This document shows positions 57,107 through 64,000 of a DNA stretch of 64,000 nucleotides, piece by piece. The stretch comes from Macrostomum lignano (taxonomy: Eukaryota): contig NIVC01001743.1 of NCBI GenBank assembly GCA_002269645.1, positions 62,001 to 126,000 of the forward strand, read 5' to 3'. A program made the translations under genes and the position numbers. Under the pieces are notes generated by a model. The model saw only the letters and a list, made by a program, of their open reading frames with translations. It was not told the DNA's origin and did no database searches. Position 1 is the first letter of the stretch, and each line of letters starts with the position of its first letter.

Positions 57107-59711
57107 CTAAAATTGGTGACAAAAGTATACAGTATGCAAATTACAGTTAATTTAATATACGAGTAACTTCTTAAGCTAAAGATCCTGATTACATTGAAAA
57201 ATCCTAGAAACTTAACAAAAATTGGAATCCTGATATCATCTGATCTAAAAAATGTCAAACCAAATTCAACCTATATATATACTTATATATTAGACAGGGA
57301 TCCTACAGATATTATTCATATAATCCTAAAATATTGGGATCCTAACAAAAAAAGAACTATGATCCCATCCAATTCTTAAAAATCTTGATCATGTCAGACT
57401 TTTGTTTTAAAAGTCAAAGTCAAAAGGCTTTTAAAAGGCCTTTAAGCATATAAAGCCTTTATTGTTCTTTTTTAATATAGATATATTTAGGCTTACATTA
57501 TAGTTACTAACAATTACTAATGAGTGAATAATACTTTATATTGTATATATATAACTAAGGTTATTATGCTTAAATTTTGTTTAATAGTTTAAAGATTATA
57601 TATTTGAAAACAGTAACAGATCTAGGAATTCTGTTTTGGGGAAGGGTGGGCTATCAGTAGGGGTGCCAACATTCACAGAAATGGTACTAAAATTTGCAGC
57701 AAGGGTCCCTATATTTGTAACAATGATGCCATAAATAAAATGGGTATCATCAGTAGAGGATACCATAAACCCATGACCAAAATTTGTCCCTGTTTGTAAA
57801 GTAGCCAATATTTTTTTATAATTAGGCCTTATATTAATATGCTACTTAGTAGTCTAGCATGGCACTTGGCTTGGGTCTGCAAGTGCAATCAATACCTTGA
57901 AGGCCAATCATTTAAGTACAATTAAATATGTATACTTACGAATAAATAAAATTAAGGCCATAATATATTCTTATAAGTACGTCTATAGGAATGATTATGA
58001 CTATGTTAATCTATGTCAATATGTTATATCTAGAATATAATAACATGAAAAAATTAATAAGATTTATTTATAGTTTTCAAAATCTCACATAAATGACATA
58101 ATTTATAAAAACATACCTGAATTCGTGCCATTTGGATATTTTGAAAACCAGGTCCAGAATGCTTTTTTAAAAACTGTTTGCTGATTATATTTGTATTAAC
58201 TTAATGACCAAGTGAAATACTAAAAATTTGCTATGCAGCAACAGGCAACATCAACATGCACATAAATGATAAAGTGAAGTTATAAGGATGCAGGTCTACT
58301 AAAGGTCTAAAGTTAGTATTTTATTAATTATTTATTAAAGCTTTACTTATTTTGCTAAGAAGTTGTTTTTCTGACAGACAAAAATTAATTCACAAACTTT
58401 ACTACAACAAATCTTTACGCCTAATTTCAACTCAACTTATTATTTGACAACTGAATTTAGATCAATACTAACATGTCCTTCCAATCTAGCCTTATCTTAT
58501 CCAGTTAAAAGAATGGAATAAGTTCAATGAATATGCTTTAGAAGTATTTGCAAACTGATTCTTCGCAATAATAAGCAATATTATTATTTTAATTTGAATT
58601 ATAATACCTAGATGCAAAATTTTTATTTTTACAGCTTCAAAAAGTGGTACGATCGCTCGCGAATCGTAGAAAAAAAGCTGTTTGAATTTGTAACATCCTT
58701 CGTTTGGAAGCAAAATCGTATAACAACTGCTGACTAAATACCGCTTTTTTGCAGCACCAAATTGCTTTAAGGATAGTGAAATAAATAATCTACTTGGCTA
58801 TTTGTAATTATACAAAAATAATTTAGAAGTATTATGAGTTTTACATTAGGCCCTCGTTATTTGTCCGGTACCGGAGAAATAATGTTTGCGTTATTTGTCG
58901 TTATTCCTCCGGTATACTAAAAATAGCCTAATGGCTCTAACGGTAATTTATCAGGTTGGTCGGCATATAGCTGCGCCTAAAGCCAAAAGGAAAAAATAAG
59001 TGACTTAGACCAAATTTAATATTTTATTGAAAAGCAAAAGCGGAAACCGCTTATTACAGTTTTTATTGCTACATTGTTTAAAATTAGAATTAGCAGCAGC
59101 AAAGTATTTAGGAGACATAGTTCGAAAATTCTATCATAATGTACGCTTAAGACCAGAAACTATAATCTGAATAGTGGATAATCAATTTAACTAGTATAGG
59201 TCCTCAGTTTCACACATTTTAAACTACATTTTACTTAGTGTGTATGCTCAGTGACAGTGACGTTGCAATGGCAAATTAAATTACACCAACTCTTGCAAGT
59301 ACCAACACAATTTTTCTTATGGCAAATTTTTCTGAAAGTAATTTCAGGACCTACATATACATGTATATACTAGGTCAAAGGTTTCAATGACGAGATCCAT
59401 ACATTTAGCTACATGTAGACATGTAGCTATATGCGTCCCATAGATTGCATGAATTTTTAGACAAAATTTTGGCATTCACAAATAGGCTATGGTGTTTTCA
59501 CTGCCATGGAGAATTTTATATTTGATTAAATACTTTAATACACCTGTATTTTATTTTTTTTTGCATATACATAAATGAAAATATGTAAATAAAAATATAC
59601 GCTTCGTCTTCATTTCCTGTTATATATGAGTATATTAATATATTTTACATTTTTAAAAAAAAGTACACATGCTGCGTATCTTAGGCTTACATGCCCCGAC
59701 AAAATGTGCAA

Positions 59712-60579
59712 ATGCTGTCCATCATCTAGTCTGGCACCCCTTGAAGAGGTGCAGATGCCTTCTATCTAGTCTTGCACCCCTTGAAGAGGTGCAGCTGCTG
59801 TACATCTAGTCTTGCACCCCTTGAAGAGATGCAGATGCTGTACATCTAGTCTTGCACCCCTTGAAGAGATGCAGATGCTGTACCTCTAGTCTGGCACCCC
59901 TTGAAGAGGTGCAGATGCTCCGTCCATCTAGTTTGGCACCCCTTAAAGAGGTGCAGATGCCTTCTATCTAGTCTGGCACCCCTTGAAGAGGTGCAGATGC
60001 CTTCTATCTAGTCTTGCACCCCATGAAGAGGTGCAGATGCTCCGTCCATCTAGTTTGGCACCCCTTGAAGAGGTGCAGATGCCTTCTATCTAGTCTGGCA
60101 ACCCTTGAAGAGGTGCAGCTGCTGTACATCTAGTCTTGCACCCCTTGAAGAGGTGCAGATGCTGTACCTCTAATCTGACACCCATTGAAGAGATGCAGAT
60201 GCCTTCCATCTAGTTTGGCACCCCTTGAAGAGGTGCAGATGCCTTCTATCTAGTCTGGCAACCCTTGAAGAGGTGCAGCTGCTGTACATCTAGTCTTGCA
60301 CCCCTTGAAGAGGTGCAGATGCTGTACCTCTAATCTGACACCCATTGAAGAGATGCAGATGCCTTCCATCTAGTTTGGCACCCCTTGAAGAGGTGCAGAT
60401 GCCTTCTATCTAGTCTTGCACCCCTTGAAGAGGTGCAGATGCTGTACATCTAGTCTTGCACCCCTTGAAGAGGTGCAGATGCTGTACATCTAGTCTGGCA
60501 CCCCTTGAAGAGGTGCAGATGCCTTCTATCTAGTCTGGCACCCCTTGAAGAGGTGCAGATGCTGTACATCTAGTCTTGC
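59712..60579 (+). repeat. 40-bp minisatellite with an internal inverted repeat
   Basis: Unit CATCTAGTCTTGCACCCCTTGAAGAGGTGCAGATGCTGTA, about 21 copies, with a TGCACC/GGTGCA stem. Confidence 0.96.
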
Positions 60580-60740
60580 CAGTGTTGGGCACTTCCGTTA
60601 CCGAGTAACTTGCAAATGGTAACGCAAGTTACTTTTTCGCAAAGCGTTCCTTACGCAAGTTACTTTTTTATTTTAGTAACGGAGTAACGGTAAGTTACTC
60701 AAATTTCGGAAGTCCGTTACAGTTACTTTTCAACAATCTG
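60580..60740. mobile_element. hAT-like terminus or MITE with GTAAC/GTTAC subterminal repeats
   Basis: Starts CAGTGTTGGG and contains about 9 GTAAC/GTTAC motifs. The far end CAACAATCTG is an imperfect match and no TSD was found. Confidence 0.55.
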
Positions 60741-61328
60741 ATGAGGACGCACTTTTTTCCAAACCCCGCGCTAGCACATGGGCTCTAAACTTACTAGCCT
60801 ACTAACAGTGAGCAATGGGCATTTTTATCCTTTTCCTGCGAATAGTCTTAGAATCTATACTAGATATAATGTTTGGTCATACTAGTAGTCATAATAACAT
60901 AGGCGCAGCTTTTGGGTCATAAATCATCGCTTTCGAAGCTGGTCTGACAGCCACCTGCGCCTCACTCAGTGTTGAGACGGGCGCCAGATGGTCTGAGAGG
61001 ATGCGGGCGGTAGCTTTTTTCTCATCATTTTGACAGGCCATCAAGATTTATGAGGTCAGAGCCTATTGTTCGTGTTCACTCAAGCGTGTGACAGCTTTGA
61101 CAGCTATGCGTTTTACCCCTAAAAGTATACCTTGGGATTAGCGATTAGCGATTTCTCTTCATTATCTTCACTTTCTATTTAATAAGAGCTTTCTAATGTA
61201 TATTTTTTCATTAATTTCTGTCAATCCTACGCGAAAAGTCATAAATCATTTTGTTGCGATTTTGAGTGATTTATGGCCGCACCTGTCATCTTTTTACGAC
61301 CCTGTGGGAACTGATAGGATCTCTCGGT

Positions 61329-61459
61329 CACGTGATTCTGGGTAGCAACAAGCTTAGCCAATCAGAAAATTCGGCGCTCATTCTAACAAAACGGCTCAGC
61401 CAATCAGAATCGACGTGTTCCATTATAACAAACTGCGGTCCAGTTGGCGGCTATTTAAA
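61329..61459 (+). promoter_or_regulatory. textbook Pol II promoter cassette (E-box, two CCAAT boxes, TATA-like)
   Basis: CACGTG at 61329, AGCCAATCAG at 61355 and 61398, TATTTAAA at 61452. No downstream ORF was recognised. Confidence 0.5.
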
Positions 61460-62723
61460 CCGGAGTTTTTGGCCCGCTCGGACTAACTCTTGCTCGGGCC
61501 CAGCACGCAACTTCTGGTTCCCGGAGCGCGACCGTCGTTTCTTGATCCCCGGATTGCGACTTCCCCCCATCATCATCAAGGACGAATCCCCCGGTCGTCA
61601 GCAGCGAACATCAAGTTAAGAGCATCACCTGCTAGCTAACAGCGAAGATTGTGACAGCATCATCCCGAGTCTACAGCTGCAGAGCATCGAGCCGATTCGG
61701 TCACTGTGGATTACCTGGTCTCCGGCTGTTGAGTTTCTGATTGGTTGGGTGAGAGGCTACCTAGACTTGCTTGATTGGGTGATCCCTTTTCTGTCCCCTG
61801 TTGCAGTAGCTGAATTAGGCGCACACTTTTGCTCATTTTGTTCAGTAGTGCTGTTGCTGAGGCAGAAATCATTCAATAATACTGCTAGTAGTCTAAGACT
61901 CCAATTCAATCTGAAGTGTGAAGTGAACTAAGGAGAAGGTTAAATCTAACAGTTATTTTTATCGGTTTTATTTCTTTGTTCGCCGATGGCTCAGATGAGT
62001 AGCTAAGCTAGTAGGCGCCGGTCACAGTGGACCAATGGCAAGGCAGTTCTCAGTCGACCAATCTATCAAATCAGTGAGCAAAACTGCCAGAAGTGCAGAA
62101 TCGGCGCCAGAGATGTACTTTGTGCACTCTAGGGTAGCCAAGCGGCTCGGGTAAATGAATCACGCGGTCTCTGAAGTTCGAGTTAGTCTATCATCAGCGC
62201 TATGAGAGGCTAGTTGGCGCGTTGAAGGCCAAAAGTACATATCTTCGTATTTAGCAATGTAATAGTACATGTAGCTACCCCATAGACTCGCCACCGCAAG
62301 AATCCCCTGCACAAGTCCCCTCTGTACCTGCATGGCCAATGCGATCTAGTCCCAGCAGTGTCCCTTATCATCGGCTATGACTTCGAGATTGACAGCAAAA
62401 AGACACTAGTTGGCAGGTAAGTGCAAAGCCCCTTCTAGTCGGAAGCCCGATTTCGAGAGTCCCGGTGTGGTGAGCCAGGGCGCACGGGCTGGTGGCAGCA
62501 AGTTAGTTGATCTGCGGATTAGCTAATTTCTACTTTCAAAATTCTCCCTGCTCGTCTCTCGCTGTCCCTTTCTTAGCTATAGGACCTAGACTGCTCGCCA
62601 CACGATCAAGCTACCATGGGGCTGACCATCTGACAGGAGTGGGGGGCCAGGTCTCTAATTGATTCATTTCTGAGCCTGAGGCCCGAAGGCTTCCCTAACA
62701 AGGAGCCCGAAGGTCGAAACCCA

Positions 62724-62726
62724 TCA

Positions 62727-62792
<66 letters not shown>

Positions 62793-62830
62793 CCAATCAA
62801 TTAATTGTGCACTAATCAATCAATCAAAGA
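62724..62830 (+). repeat. (AATC)n microsatellite
   Basis: About 16 perfect units, then decay. Confidence 0.95.
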
Positions 62831-63208
62831 ACAATTAATCGACCAATCAATCAATTAATTAATCAGTTAATTAAATTAATCAATATCGATCGATCAAATC
62901 AAGCTGCTCGACAAGCGGCTATCATAGACTTAAGGTGGACTAAAGGCCTAAGGTCTAAATGCGCTAAGGCTTAGGTCTAAGGTCTAAGGAAAAAGCCTAT
63001 AAGGTCACTGCACCATCGAGGCAATTATACTTATTAACAAATTGATGCCTTTACATGTGAATTAACAATGTGTGAGGATTACGAATAAGTAGCTATTTAC
63101 TCTTTGTATATCGCCTTTGTAAATGAGTTGTGAATTGATGACCCAACTGACTGACGGCCGGTACTAACAAGCCTAGTCTTTTTTAGTTCGATTCTCTTGA
63201 AGCGTGCC

Positions 63209-63572
63209 CACATGCAGGCGCGTCGCCACCGGGGGGGACAGGCCGGGGGACATGTCCCCCCCCCCAGTAAAAGCTATGAGGGAACATGCCAATGCTTTGT
63301 GTTCCCCCACCCTACCTTGTGACTCGTTGTGGCAATCAATAATGTGGCAATCTTTCGGGCGCCAAAATGAGTGCCTGTGGCGCTAAACTGAGTGTCTGCG
63401 GCGCCAAACTGAGTGCCTGCATGTGGCGCCAATCTGAGTACCTGCTGCGCCAAAATGAGCGCTGACAACACCGATTCTCAAAATAATGGACATGTAGGAA
63501 TTCATTCATGTACGTACATGGTGACTTCTTGCCTTTATCCCCCCACCATAAAATACATGGCGATCGCCCCTG
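63209..63572. mobile_element. hAT-type MITE
   Basis: CAGGCGCGTCGCC near the left end and (reverse complement) CAGGGGCGATCGCC at the right end. The 8-bp direct repeat AGCGTGCC is at 63201-63208 and 63573-63580, with the left TIR offset by 6 nt. Internal GGCGCCAAA(A/C)TGAG repeats. Confidence 0.65.
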
Positions 63573-64000
63573 AGCGTGCCATAATATTTCCGAGCCAAGT
63601 CTCCAGGGCACAGTGGTATACATGTAGTTTAACCCTGTCTTAAGACGAGAAAGTCAGGACCGAATTGCGTAATACCCTGTGTTAATGAAGCAACTTGTAC
63701 AGTGCAAACTGTAGCATTGAAGCCCCAATTGCCACTATAGTCTCAGGCTGATAAAGCAGCAGCTATACTCAAGGAGCACATACTCTCACGCATATTTTAC
63801 ACATTTAATCATCCTTGGTGTTTAAACTACAGAACTACGCTTGTACATGTAAATGTGGGGTTAAACAATGAATTCATCCATTTAGTTATGGGATGGCTGT
63901 GCTGTTATAATCTGCTGACTCGGCCCGACCTGGTTTTTTTTTATTGGAGGCAAGGGGGTTGTGTGCACCCTGGCGCACTTTAAGCGACATAGGCACACAA

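Noticed and set aside
59712-60579. CRISPR-like appearance of the palindromic 40-bp repeat (also the 76-bp and 35-bp arrays)
   Set aside because: Units are contiguous with no unique spacers, there are no cas genes, and the context is eukaryotic.
62070-62150. PHD-like Cys cluster (CQKCRIGARDVLC) of a LINE ORF1
   Set aside because: Short, terminated by a stop, and missing the remaining ligands.
62660-62725. Hammerhead ribozyme
   Set aside because: It has a stem-loop plus GAAAC but lacks a correctly placed CUGANGA core and a convincing stem I or III.

Overview
Eukaryotic (animal) genomic DNA with no prokaryotic features. GC-rich exons with poly-Ala/Gln/Gly tracts and introns filled with micro/minisatellites suggest a free-living flatworm such as Macrostomum; this taxon call is inference only. 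Six spliced or intact host genes were reconstructed by hand: SCAI (+, 10 exons), a neurabin/spinophilin-like PDZ/coiled-coil gene (+, 5 exons), RPL12 (-, intronless CDS), calumenin/CREC (-, 3 exons), CPT2 (+, 5 exons) and an SNX9/18/33-family sorting nexin (-, with two apparent homopolymer frameshifts). There is also an intronless 427-aa orphan ORF. Mobile DNA includes a decayed stand-alone Ginger1/GIN1-like integrase with two spliceosomal introns, flanked by related minisatellite and palindrome arrays; a Gypsy gag-protease relic whose lesions look like CpG deamination, interrupted by a hAT-type MITE with a perfect 8-bp TSD; a CORE-type SINE; and other fragments. The most notable higher-level patterns are sharp CpG-depleted domains flanking CpG-rich promoter-like islands, and a different tandem repeat in almost every long intron, often starting right at a splice site. 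Most long ORFs in the supplied track are translations of tandem repeats. All identifications come from motif recognition and manual splicing, not database searches.
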